Source: Amphiscolops sp. MND2022
Taxonomy: Eukaryota
DNA length: 64,000 nt
Direction of reading: 5' to 3'
Assembly (NCBI GenBank): GCA_964187785.1
Contig: OZ076409.1
Coordinates: 22,074,001-22,138,000 of the forward strand
The stretch's first letter is position 1. Every line of letters starts with the position of its first letter. This document shows, piece by piece, positions 50,851 through 61,562 of this stretch. The notes below the pieces were generated by a model. That model was not told where the DNA came from, searched no databases, and was given only the letters and a program-made list of their open reading frames with translations. The translations under genes were made by a program, and so were the position numbers.

Positions 50851-53296
50851 TTACAACGTAAACCAGGCGGTTGGTCAGCGCCCTCTCTGTCTGTACTTTC
50901 GTGTTTATGGCCGGTTTGCGAATACTGTTGAGACATCAGTTGCACGTGGAGAGTTTTCTGTGGATGAAACATTTACTACAACCTCTTCACCTCTTTCCGA
51001 CACGCCCTCCTTTCACCACGTGCTCTTTTCGTATTTTTCCCATCACTTCAGTCAAAACATCCCCCTCCAGCTGCAAATCATGCCCAACGAATCGTCGAAG
51101 ATAGCTTATTTGTGTTTGAGCCCACTGTAGCGAAGGCAATCAGTTCCTTCCCTTTTGGGTCGTCGGGAGGACCAAGCCTACTTGTGCCCCAGTTGTACAA
51201 AGACCTCATCGCAAAGAGCAACGGGCCCATAGGCACCGAGTTCCTCCAGAAGCTAACAAGCGTACTAAATATTGTCGTAGAGGGCAAAATCCCTTTAGGG
51301 TTGAGACCTTTTTTCTTCGGTGCTAAACATATCGGCCTTCGGAAAAAAGACGGCGGAGTTCGACCGATTGCAGTTGGAAACACGCTGAGTCGAATTTGCT
51401 CAAAATGTGTGAGCTCCTTCGCGACTGACCAACGACGAATTGATTTCAATGGTACGCAGTTCGTCTGCGGGACAAGTCGTGGAGCCGAAATCGCAGCACA
51501 TGTTTTTCGAAATCTCATTGAGAACGAGAAGAAACGTGACAATAAAAAAAGGTTTTGTAAACCCAGCGGCAGAATTTCTTGGGTAGGATGCTCAAAATGC
51601 TGTAAATGGTTCCATAATCAATTAGTTCTGCTCCGCTCAAAGATGAGACACCGTTTTCCGAAAGCAACGTCAGATTTACAACTACACGCACTCTGCATAT
51701 AGCGAAACCTCTCGTCTTTTCTTCGGAGACAAAGTAATTCAATCACAAGAGGGCTGTCAGCAAGGGGACCCAGAAGGTCCAGCTCTCTTCTCCGACACTA
51801 TTCAAGACCTCGTTAACCAAATGGTTTCGCAATATAATGTTTGGTACCTCGACGACGGAAATCTTTCTGATCACTATCGGACAGTCCTTGAGGACCTCAA
51901 ACGAATCATTGCTAGCACCGACGAGTATGGAATGTCTCTCGAAAAAACTAAATTTGACCTGATGTTCCTCGGAATATGTACCGAAAGCTCAAAAAAGAGA
52001 ATAAAAACGCTTTTTGAAGAAATTTGCGCGGGTATCAAAGTAAAGGATCATGAGAATTTGAAAATTTTAGGGTCGCCAATGGGCGCAAATGCTCGTCGAG
52101 TCCTGTTGAACAAAAAATTAATTGAATTGCAAAGACTCTCTGAAGTTGTTACGAAGCTAGACGACCACTATGCTTTCGACTTGTTGAAGAACTTGTTTCA
52201 GTCTACCCAAACTACTGTACTTTCTTCGCACCAGCCCTTGCTTTGAAGAGATGAATCTCTTACAGCAATATGATTCCATTATCCGCAAATCGTTGTCCAA
52301 AATCTGTAATGTCAATTTTAATGAAAGCAGCTATACTCAGACTATTCTCCCAGTCTCCAAAGGGGGCATAGGCATTGCGTTGGCTTCCCAGATTGCTCTT
52401 TTTGCTTTTTCAGCTTCAGCAACGGGCGTCAAATGTGCTCTGTCTTGTATCCTTCCGAAAGACTATGTTGATGCATCGTTTGAAAAGGCATTAAACTTGT
52501 GGCTGACGAAGGCGAACCTATCAGAAGCATCTTCGGACTTCATCCGAAAACATTGGGCGTCTCCTTTGAGTGATGCTACTTTTGATCAATTTATAACAGA
52601 CCTTGATGTGGAAAATGTCAAAAAATTGAACGCTTACCAAGACCCCTTTGGTTCCGCTTGGCTAAATGTTGTACCAAGCAAAAATCTCGGTCTGAAGTTA
52701 ACAGATCAGCAACTGCGCATCTCGTTATCCCTTCGCCTCGGTGCGAAAATTTGCGAGAAACACACTTGCCGTTGTGGTAAACTTGTCGAAGAGAACGGAC
52801 ATCATGGTCTTTCCTGTGCCAGAAGCGCGGGACGTTTCTCAAGGCACCACAGCCTTAATACTCTAGTGAAACAGGCGCTAAGTTCCATTAAAGTTTCCTC
52901 AATTCTGGAACCAAATGAACTGACCCGAACAGACGGAAAGCGCCCAGACGGAGTTACCCTTGCACGGGAAGAAGGAAAGCAATTACTTTGGGATGTTACT
53001 TGTGTCGATCTTCTTGCCCCCAGCAGAATAGAGAACGGATCTGTTGCCAACCCAGGCACAGCCGCTGACGATGCAGAGGAATTGAGAACAGCTAAGTACG
53101 TTTGTTTGACTGACAAAGGATACATCTTCCAACCCTTAGCCTTTGAAATTTTTTAAAACAGGTTGGGTAGGAATGAAGACCTGAATTGAGATTGATTAGT
53201 TATGATCGGACTTGGTTTAAGTATTTACATTTGCAATTGATGGTAGAAGTGGTTCAGCATCGGGTATATATAGCACCGCGACAGGTAGCTGTCAGT

Positions 53297-53636
53297 GGGT
53301 GGCTGTAAATAGGTCGAAATTTTCTGGTCGAAAGGACAGAGGTTGAACCTTTTGATCGAATTGCAGGTATCGAATGCAATGCGGTCGAATTTTATCGTAT
53401 TTGTTGTATGGCTCGGTCGCTTCGCTCCCTTCGCCAATTAGCAACATTGAGGCATGTCCATATGGCACGTCGCTTCGCTCCTGCATTCAGGGCACTAGGG
53501 GTATGTGAACATATCTGACTACGTTATAAAAATTTCGATACGAGTTGTTTCGATTCCATTCAAAAATTTGGTATGTCGACTTGAGGACTAACTCTGATTT
53601 TCGATCCTGTTCCTTCGACCTATTTCCTCCCACCCC
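53297..53636. mobile_element. MITE within the Copia 3' LTR (same insertion at 58052..58709 in the 5' LTR)
   Basis: TIR GGGTGG..AAATAGGTCGAA / TTCGACCTATTT..CCACCC; TSD CTGTCAGT on both sides in both LTRs. Confidence 0.85.
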
Positions 53637-53818
53637 CTGTCAGTCAACAAAAAATGTGCGGTATCAAGATTTGTTTGTTGTATCGCACAAACAGGTACAT
53701 CAATGAGCGGCATCAAAAGTTGTGTGTGCGATGACATCTGGCAGGTACTTGAACCTTAGGGGTCGTGGCTCATCATTTGATCGTTCCCACCTTGCGAGGC
53801 GGATGGCAAACCTTGACA

Positions 53819-56800
53819 CCCCCGCATTGCCGACAGCCGAGCAAAGTGTTGTTGCGTCTTCGTCTTACCCAGTTCCTCCGTGAAAATGTCAGCGCAATTG
53901 TCACCACTTGCAATAAACTTCAGATCAATCGACTGATTCTTCACTGTTTCCCGCACATAGGCCATCCGAGTTGCAAAGTGTTTCGTCTTTGCGCTGTTGT
54001 CATCTCTGGTTGCTAATGCTAGGCACGATTGACTGTCCGTGAACAAAGTTGTCGCTATGGATTCTCCAAGAATGTCCAGAATCCCCCGCAAATGCACCGC
54101 TTCCTTTACGGCGTCGCTCAAGACATGAAGTTCTGCCTCAGTGGTTGAAGTCGATACACACAGTTGTCTTCTAGCAGCCCACGATATTGCCCCACTACCC
54201 ACGTTGAAGCAGAAACCAGTGATGCTTCGTCTATCGTCCTTGCAGCTGGCATAGTCTGAATCCATGTATCCATTTAGGCCTGCATCATGGCACTTCATGA
54301 AAGTGATGCCCACGTCAGCTGTGCCTCTGAGGTAGCGTAACACGTGCTTCGCTGCTTGCCAGTGAGCAAGCCCAGGGTTGCTAAGAATTCGAGAAAGTAG
54401 GTGGGCCGGGAAAGCCTGGTCAGTTCGAGTGGACAGTGAGAGGTAAGCAATGCTACCCACTAGGCCTCTGTAGTCATGTCTCAACATTTGCTGTTGCTCA
54501 TCCGATCCGTCTTCTGGCATCTGATCCTTCGTCAGCTCCAGCTTGTCTGCGAGTGGTGTTGAAGCTACCTTGCACTCGTCCATACCGTGTTTGCGAAGTA
54601 GGTTGCTCACATACACCTGATGCTTCATCGTCAGCGAACCGTCACCCCATTTGAAGGAAACTCCCAAGCACCACGTCAGAGGACCGCTTTCGCCATTGTT
54701 GAACCGCTCGCTCATCTTGTCCTTGAACCACGTGGTGAATTGACTGTCAGTTGACCCGTAAAGAATATCATCCACCCAGGTCACTATCCAGCACTTGTGA
54801 CCATTCCTCGACAGAGTCAGCAAGCAAGGGTCGTGAAGTGATGCCTTGAAGATGAGCTCAAACAGATGGGAAGAGAGACACTCAAACCAATTGCGCCCTG
54901 ATTGCTTTAGTCCATAAAGTGACCGCTTAAGCTTGCACACCATCTGTTTGCCCTTTTGGTACGCCTCTGGCTGCTCCATGTAGATGTCTTCTTGAAATAG
55001 TGCATTCTGGTATGCTGTCTTTATGTCCATCTAATTGAAAGGCATACTCAGCTTCACCCCACATGCAGGACAGTTCTGAGTGTAGACAGCTTCGCCGTTG
55101 GTGAGTAGGTGTCGTTAAAATCAATGCCTGTCGTCTGCGTGAACCCCCGTGCCACGAATTGCGCCTTGTACTTTACCACGTTTCCTTCGTCATCTAGTTT
55201 ATGAGCAAAATGCCACTTTCCGTTGATGATGCCTTGTCCTGATGGTGGCTTGACTAGCTCCCAGACACCATTTTCTTCCAGTGATTTGAACTCTCTGTCG
55301 ATCGCTACTTTCCAGTTGGGATCCGCCAGGGCGTCTGCTGTATTGCTTGGAAGGCAGCTTGAAATCAAACCATCACAGCGAAGTGCCAGGCTGTCCAATT
55401 CTCTCCCTGTCACATAGTCGCCGAAGTGTTGAGGCCCCCTTCGAGTCCTTCCCGAACATCTGGTTGTCGTCTGCTGCACTGCTGTTGTACTGTCTGTAAC
55501 ATTGGGTGTCCCTTCATCTGGATTGATGTTATCTTCTGATTCGCCCTGGATTGCATGGGTTTTCGTAGATTTGGCCTCGCATTGATTATCTGACACCAAT
55601 TTCAGATCATCAACATCCGATTGAGATGCATCATCGGCCTCGTTCTCCCGTTGGATGACTGCAGAACCACGTTGGTAAGGAAAAGCATCGTCGTTGAAGT
55701 TGACGTTCCGTGATGCCCAGACCTTTGGTGCCCTTGACTCTGACCCATCTGTTGAGGCTACAACATATGCTTTAGAATTTCCGAGTATCCCAGTAAAAAA
55801 GCTTCCCGTGCCTTGCTTTCCAGTTTCTTCCTGACTTCGTTGAGCACAAACGACTGGCACCCAAACACGTGAAGATGTGAAAGGTCAGGCTTGCTTCTGT
55901 GAAACATCTCAAAAGGGGTCTTGCCATGCGCCGCGTGGATTGATCAATTCGTCAGGTAGATGGCAGTTGAAAGAGCAAAAGGCCAAAACTGCTTTGGGAC
56001 CCCTGCAGTTGCCATCATGCATCGCGTCATGCCAGTCACAGTGCCGCATGCTCGATCATTTTTGCCGTTTTCTTTGGGTGTGTAGGGAGCAGAGAACTTC
56101 TATTTGATGCCATTGGATGTGCACAATTCACTGAACTGCTTTGACTTGAACTCGAGAGCCCCTTCTGAGACCAAGGTGCCAGGCCGACCAACAACGATGA
56201 GGAATCGTTGTAACTTTGCGGTGACCTCATCCTTTAACTTCATTGGGTATACTGCTCCGAAACGGCTGTAACTGTCGATGAAGCCCACTGCATAGCGAAA
56301 ACCCTCGTGGGACTCCTGTTGATTGGGTCCGAACACGTCTGTGTGAGTGATAACCAGTTTCGTTTTTGCTCGAGTGCCCCACGTTTTCGGAATGGATGCC
56401 CGCTTCGCCTTCTCGGTGCAGCAGATGTTGCAGTTCGTCTTTTTCTCGGAGCCAGAGATGTTCATGCCTACGACCTCTTGCTGCAACTTTGCCACTTCGT
56501 GACTGTTGTTGTGCCCCATAACTCAATGCCAGTGCTTGATAGAGTGAGACATCTTTGCCAGTGACCCCGTCTCCACAGGTTGAGCCATCACACTGAAAAG
56601 TTTGTCGTTTGTCATCATTGGCACAACAGTTCCATTGGGCATTTTGATGGTTGGGTCGTCATTGAACTGGATCATCGCCCCCTTGTCCGTCAATCGCTTG
56701 ACCGACACCAGATTCCTCGCGTAGGATGGCACCCAGAAGGCATCCTTCAGTTCCAGTAGACAAGAACGGCCCGAATTGTCCTTCACAAAGCATCGCACTG

Positions 56801-57835
56801 TCCCACGTCCTCTGATCTCTGAACGACTGCTGTTAGCGTTGCATACTTCTGCCAGAAAACCCTCGTCCAGATCAGAGAAGAACTCTTTGTTCTTGATCAT
56901 GAAGCCGTTGCACCCAGAGTCAATGAGAAGCTCAATGCTCGCCTTGTCGTAGCAACCAGCCCTGAAAGACCAGAAGCTGAAGAAGTCCGCTGATGATTGG
57001 TTGCTGGATTGATCCAAGCCACATCCTCTACTTGAGCTCTTTTGCTGTCCCTTCCTGCAAGATGAAGCCAGAGGGCCCTTATGACCACAGTTGAAGCAAG
57101 TCCTCGTCTCCCGACTGTGGCAGCCCTTAGCTCGGTGTCCCGTCTTTCCACACTTGAAGCGCTTTGGAGGCTTCCTCCCGGCTGAGTGAAAGGCTGTCAT
57201 CGATGTCTCGCTGGAAACACAGAGACCCCTGGTTGCTGCGAAGTTGACCAAGCCCTGCTTCATCTCGTAGTACCCCTTTCCTGTGCCGAAGTTGAGGACT
57301 GCCACCACACTGTCGAAGTCACTCGGAAGACCCTTGAGAATCATCGCTGTGAAGAGAGCATCTGAGACCACTTCCCTGCTTCAGCCAGATCCAGTTTGAG
57401 CACTTCTGTTTTGGTGAGGTAGTCAGTCACCTTCTCCTCCGATGTCATCTTGAGACCAGTGAGCTGTGTCATCAGTGACTGAACACGAGGCCGTTCAGTT
57501 GATTTGTGGAGCTTCGTCAAAGCTGTCCAGGCTGCAGTCCCATTCGGCTTGTGCCCTCTGATGAAGTTGATGCTTGCCTTGTCAAGGCACTGAACCAGCT
57601 CGCACCACACCATGTAGTGTAGTTTGGCTCGATCAGCTTCTTCCACCTCTCGCTTGACACGTTCGTCATTCGTCTCCACATCTTTTTGAGGTGTTGTTTT
57701 GATTCTGTCCAGAAGGCAGTCTGAAAGTCCCAGGGCATAGACTCTTGCTTCGAACTGCTCCAGAAAAGTGGGGAAGTCAACCTCTCGTCCACTAAACAGC
57801 AGCTTCTCTTGTCGAGAGTGTCGTGGTGCCGTCAT
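53819..57835 (-). pseudogene. Copia gag-pol (gag, zinc knuckles, PR, IN, RT, RNase H)
   Basis: LIDSGC; integrase HTDVFGP; YKAQFVARGF, MDIKTAY, LYGLKQSGRNW, WVDD, DSDYA, STTEAE; several stops and frameshifts. Confidence 0.95.
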
Positions 57836-58078
57836 CGTGATCTGCGCTGGTGAGGCTGTGATCAGCTAAGTAGATGGCGTTGTCTGGGAAGCTGCTGGGC
57901 CCACCTGTTAAAACAGGTTGGGTAGGAATGAAGAACTGAATTGAGATTGATTAGTTATGATCAGACTTGGTTTAAGTATTTACAATTGCAATTGATGGTA
58001 GAAGTGGTTCAGCATCGGGTATATATAGCTCCGCGACAGGTAGCTGTCAGTGGGTGGCTGTAAATAGGTCGAAATTTT

Positions 58079-58602
58079 GGTAAATGGTCACTTGGCTTAA
58101 TGCCATTTGGCTTAAAGTCATTTGGCTTAATACAATTGGTCACTTGGCTTAATTTTTTTAAGCTAAGTGTCTCGGGTATTGGTCACTTGGCTTAAAGTCA
58201 TTTGACTTAAAACCACTTAGTTGAAAACACGTAGCAGGTTTTGTTGAATTTATCTTTATAACGTAGTCAGCGTATTATTATAACATGTCATATCAAGTAC
58301 CCCTCGGATATGTCCCCATTTCCTCTAGTGCCCTGCGGCCCCTTGGGGCCGCTTATATTCCCATCTTGCTAAGCGAGGTCGAACAGGAGCGGGAACGAAG
58401 ATCGCGAAGCGATCGTAGTGGGAGCTGGTCTTTGCGACGGTGAGGGCGAGCGTGCATACACCGCATATACCCCACATTATGATATTTCCAGGAGTTGGAA
58501 TGGAGTTGGCTTAATTTTGTGGTCAATTGGCTTAAGAATTTTTAAGCCAAATGACTCGACGAAAAAATTAAGCCAAATGGTATTAAGCCAAGTGACTGGT
58601 AA
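58079..58602. mobile_element. Second MITE nested in the 5' LTR MITE
   Basis: Inverted arrays GTCACTTGGCTTAA / TTAAGCCAAGTGAC; absent from the other LTR. Confidence 0.8.
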
Positions 58603-59793
58603 AAATTTCGATCCGAGTTGTTTCGATTCCATTCAAAAATTTGGTATGTCGACCTGAGGACTAACTCTGATTTTCGATCCTGTTCCTTCGACCTATTTCC
58701 TCCCACCCCCTGTCAGTCAACAAAAAATGTGCGGTAACAAGACTTGTCTGTTGTATCGCACAAACAGGTACATCATTGTGCGGCATCAAAAGTTGTGTGT
58801 GCGATGTCATCTGGCAGGTACTTGAACATCAGTGGTCGTGGCTCATCATTTGATCGTTCCCGCCTTGCGAGGCGGATGACAAACCTTGACAAAGTTCAAG
58901 CAGAAGTCGGACCTTCCACGTCCACGTTCTTGAAGAACCTGTGTGAAAAATTGTGCGTGTTCAACCAGGAAAATAGAGCCAGTTCGTTTTTCAGGCAGAG
59001 ACTTTCTCTCGCAATCCAGGCAGGCAATGTGGCCAGTGTAGTTGGAACGGTTCGGGACGAAGACCACTTAAGCGAACTTTACTACTTGTAAATCTGTGTT
59101 CAATGGCCGTTTTGTTTAATCTAGAAATTTATGTGTTCTTTGCTTCATAATCCTTACCTTTTCACGAGCCTCATTGAGTTTCTGAATTGAAATGTCCTCG
59201 ATCCATTGAACTCTCAGGTTGCATGATCTCGTTTCTCAATTCTTTTTGTTTCCTATCTTGGAATTTTTTTGTCTGTCGCCCGGGCTGGTGGCACATAATG
59301 AATAAAGAAGCGTTTTTTTTAAACGCTGATTGAGGACGACGATCCAATTCTGATATCTCATCATGAAAAATAGGTTTCAGGACGCACGGTCCTTTTTTTA
59401 TGATAATATACATCAAAGTAAGCTAAGATCTCTTACAACTATTTCCATGCCCATAATTTTAATCAGATTTCAGATGCGTGGACTGATTTGCATTTAATAA
59501 CAGTCGAGAGTTGTCGCTGTCATGGTCTGTTCGAAGTGTGAGTATCCTTTTGTATAGTATGTTTGATTTTCATATCTTTTCGTATTGAGCATCTGTCATT
59601 TTTCAATTATGGGTCTCCTGTGTATACGCCTGTATATTGAACCTGTGAACCTGTGAAAACTAACAAATACTTTGCTTCAGGCGAAACTAAATTAGCGAAG
59701 ATCATCACACCAGATACATGGAAAGATGGAGCAAGAAGTACAACAGGTGCGTAAAGCGTATTTTCCTCTTCAAGAATTAGGGACGTTTGTAGC

Positions 59794-60474
59794 TATAACA
59801 ACCCAAGCTCGACATGATTGTGAGAAAATAGCCATTACAGGACTCGAGCCTGCATCTCAAGACAGATCTAGCTAGCAGTCAAGCGCCTTAACCCTTAGAC
59901 CAAATGGCTTATTTAATCTCACCAATCATTCGACTTATCACTAACAACGCCGTTGTTATAATATCCCCTTCTAACTGAAGCTGATGCCACACAGCTCCCA
60001 GTTGAACACAACTCAACTGGGGATTCAAGCCACTTATGTAATGCTACCAGTATAACAACCCAAGCTCGACATGATTGTGAGAAAATAGCCATTACAGGAC
60101 TCGAACCTGCATCTCAAGACAGATCTAGCTAGCAGTCAAGCGCCTTAACCCTTAGACCAAATGGCTTATTTAATCTCACCAATCATTCGACTTATCACTA
60201 ACAACGCCGTTGTTATAATATCCCCTTCTAACTGAAGCTGATGCCACACAGCTCCCAGTTGAACACAACTCAACTGGGGATTCAAGCCACTTATGTAATG
60301 CTACCAGTATAACAACCCAAGCTCGACATGATTGTGAGAAAATAGCCATTACAGGACTCGAACCTGCATCTCAAGACAGATCTAGCTAGCAGTCAAGCGC
60401 CTTAACCCTTAGACCAAATGGCTTATTTAATCTCACCAATCATTCGACTTATCACTAACAACGCCGTTGTTATA
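59794..60474 (-). mobile_element. Tandem TRIM: 3 x 167 bp LTR and 2 x 90 bp internal region
   Basis: LTRs 59794-59960, 60051-60217 and 60308-60474 with TATAACAAC...GTTGTTATA ends; TSD TAGC; minus-strand PBS TGGTAGCA and PPT AGAAGGGGA. Confidence 0.88.
59829..59909 (-). ncRNA. tRNA-Ser(GCT)-like sequence in the TRIM LTR (copies at 60086-60166 and 60343-60423)
   Basis: Acceptor stem AGCCATT/AATGGCT, A-box-like TGGTCTAAGGG, variable stem ATCT/AGAT, T arm GCAGG-TTCGAGT-CCTGT (this copy has CTCGAGT), then TTTT; anticodon stem poorly paired. Confidence 0.75.
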
Positions 60475-61562
60475 TAGCTATCTGATATTTGCTCCACAAT
60501 TTCTAGGTGGCGGAGGAAGGAAACTCAATGAGAACAAAGCAATCTCAGGGAAAAAATTGAGGTTAGAATTTAACGAACGACCTCAAAAATTTGTGGCTCT
60601 TTATATATAGTGAATCCATTGTGTCCTTTCAGATATAGCCCCTATACTTCAACATTCCACAAATGCAAAATATGCAAACAGAGTCTCCACCAAGCCAATG
60701 CACACTATTGCCAAGGTTCGTTTCCTTTGTACAAGAGCTCGTTCCCGTTTTTCAAGATATAAATAGATCAATTTGATTTCTATTTTCGAAGCATGTGAAT
60801 AAAACTGCTTCCGTCAAAATGATGTTACTGAATGAGTTGCAAAAATCGTTATTTTGGCTTATGTTGCAAATGATCCATGGTGAAACGCATTCTACTTGAA
60901 CGAACATCCTCCATGTTGTCTTTGATAGAAGTTATATGTCAATGTCTGTTTTAAAGCGGATATACATATTGTACTGTCTATTCGAATTATTCCTAACATT
61001 TTCCCCAGAATTCTTCAATTTGAATTCTTTGATCTTGATAATGCGAAAATGTCGATATTTGACAATTTTCAACACCATTTTTATTCTTTATAATTTTCAC
61101 TTAATATCTTTGGCAACTGTCCGAATCGAAAAATAATCCCAAGATTGATTCAGGTGAAGCCGATTTGCAAGAATTTGTTTCATTTTTTGGAAATACTCAA
61201 TCTAAAGCGAAACTATCACTCATGGATAATTTAAAACGTAGTTTTCCAATTGCTTGACACGATTGTTTTAAGATAAAGCTTGATCGAAAGCCGATGATGT
61301 GTAGATTCAATCAAGTGAACCAGTTGTACGAATACTTGTTCAAGTTATCTCTTGAATTCTTGGGAAATCTTGGAAAAACGCGATCAATGTATAAGAATGT
61401 CTTGAAAACGTTTTTGGCTACAAGCCATCATCAGTCTAAAAATACTCCAAAACATTTATAAAAGCTCAACGCTACAATTTTACAAAACTTAACAAAAGTA
61501 TACAAAAGACGTCAGGTTAAATTTAAAATGTAGGTGGAAGACCACGACAAAACATTTTGTGT

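Larger units (their letters stand above)
53151..58891 (-). mobile_element. Full-length Ty1/Copia element, degenerate
   Basis: LTRs 53151..53818 and 57906..58891; TSD AAATT/AAGTT; PBS-like GGTGGGCCCAG (cf. copia GGTTATGGGCCCAG); PPT GCGGGGG. Confidence 0.95.
51080..59091 (+). mobile_element. CRE-like non-LTR retrotransposon (RT plus REL endonuclease), degenerate, interrupted by Copia at 53151-58891
   Basis: GGVRPIAVGNTL, QQGDP, WYLDDG, CRCG...HGLSC, RH, RPDG, WDVT, KY, FQPLAFE; frame resumes after 58891 with ...RQRLSLAIQAGNVASVVGT. Confidence 0.9.

Noticed and set aside
59980..60030. Hammerhead ribozyme (retrozyme) in the TRIM internal region
   Set aside because: A strong hairpin CCAGTTGA/TCAACTGG is present, but there is no CTGANGA plus GAAA core on either strand.
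59794..60474. CRISPR array or functional tRNA gene cluster
   Set aside because: Spacers are identical, no cas genes, eukaryotic context; anticodon stem is defective; PBS, PPT and TSD indicate a TRIM.
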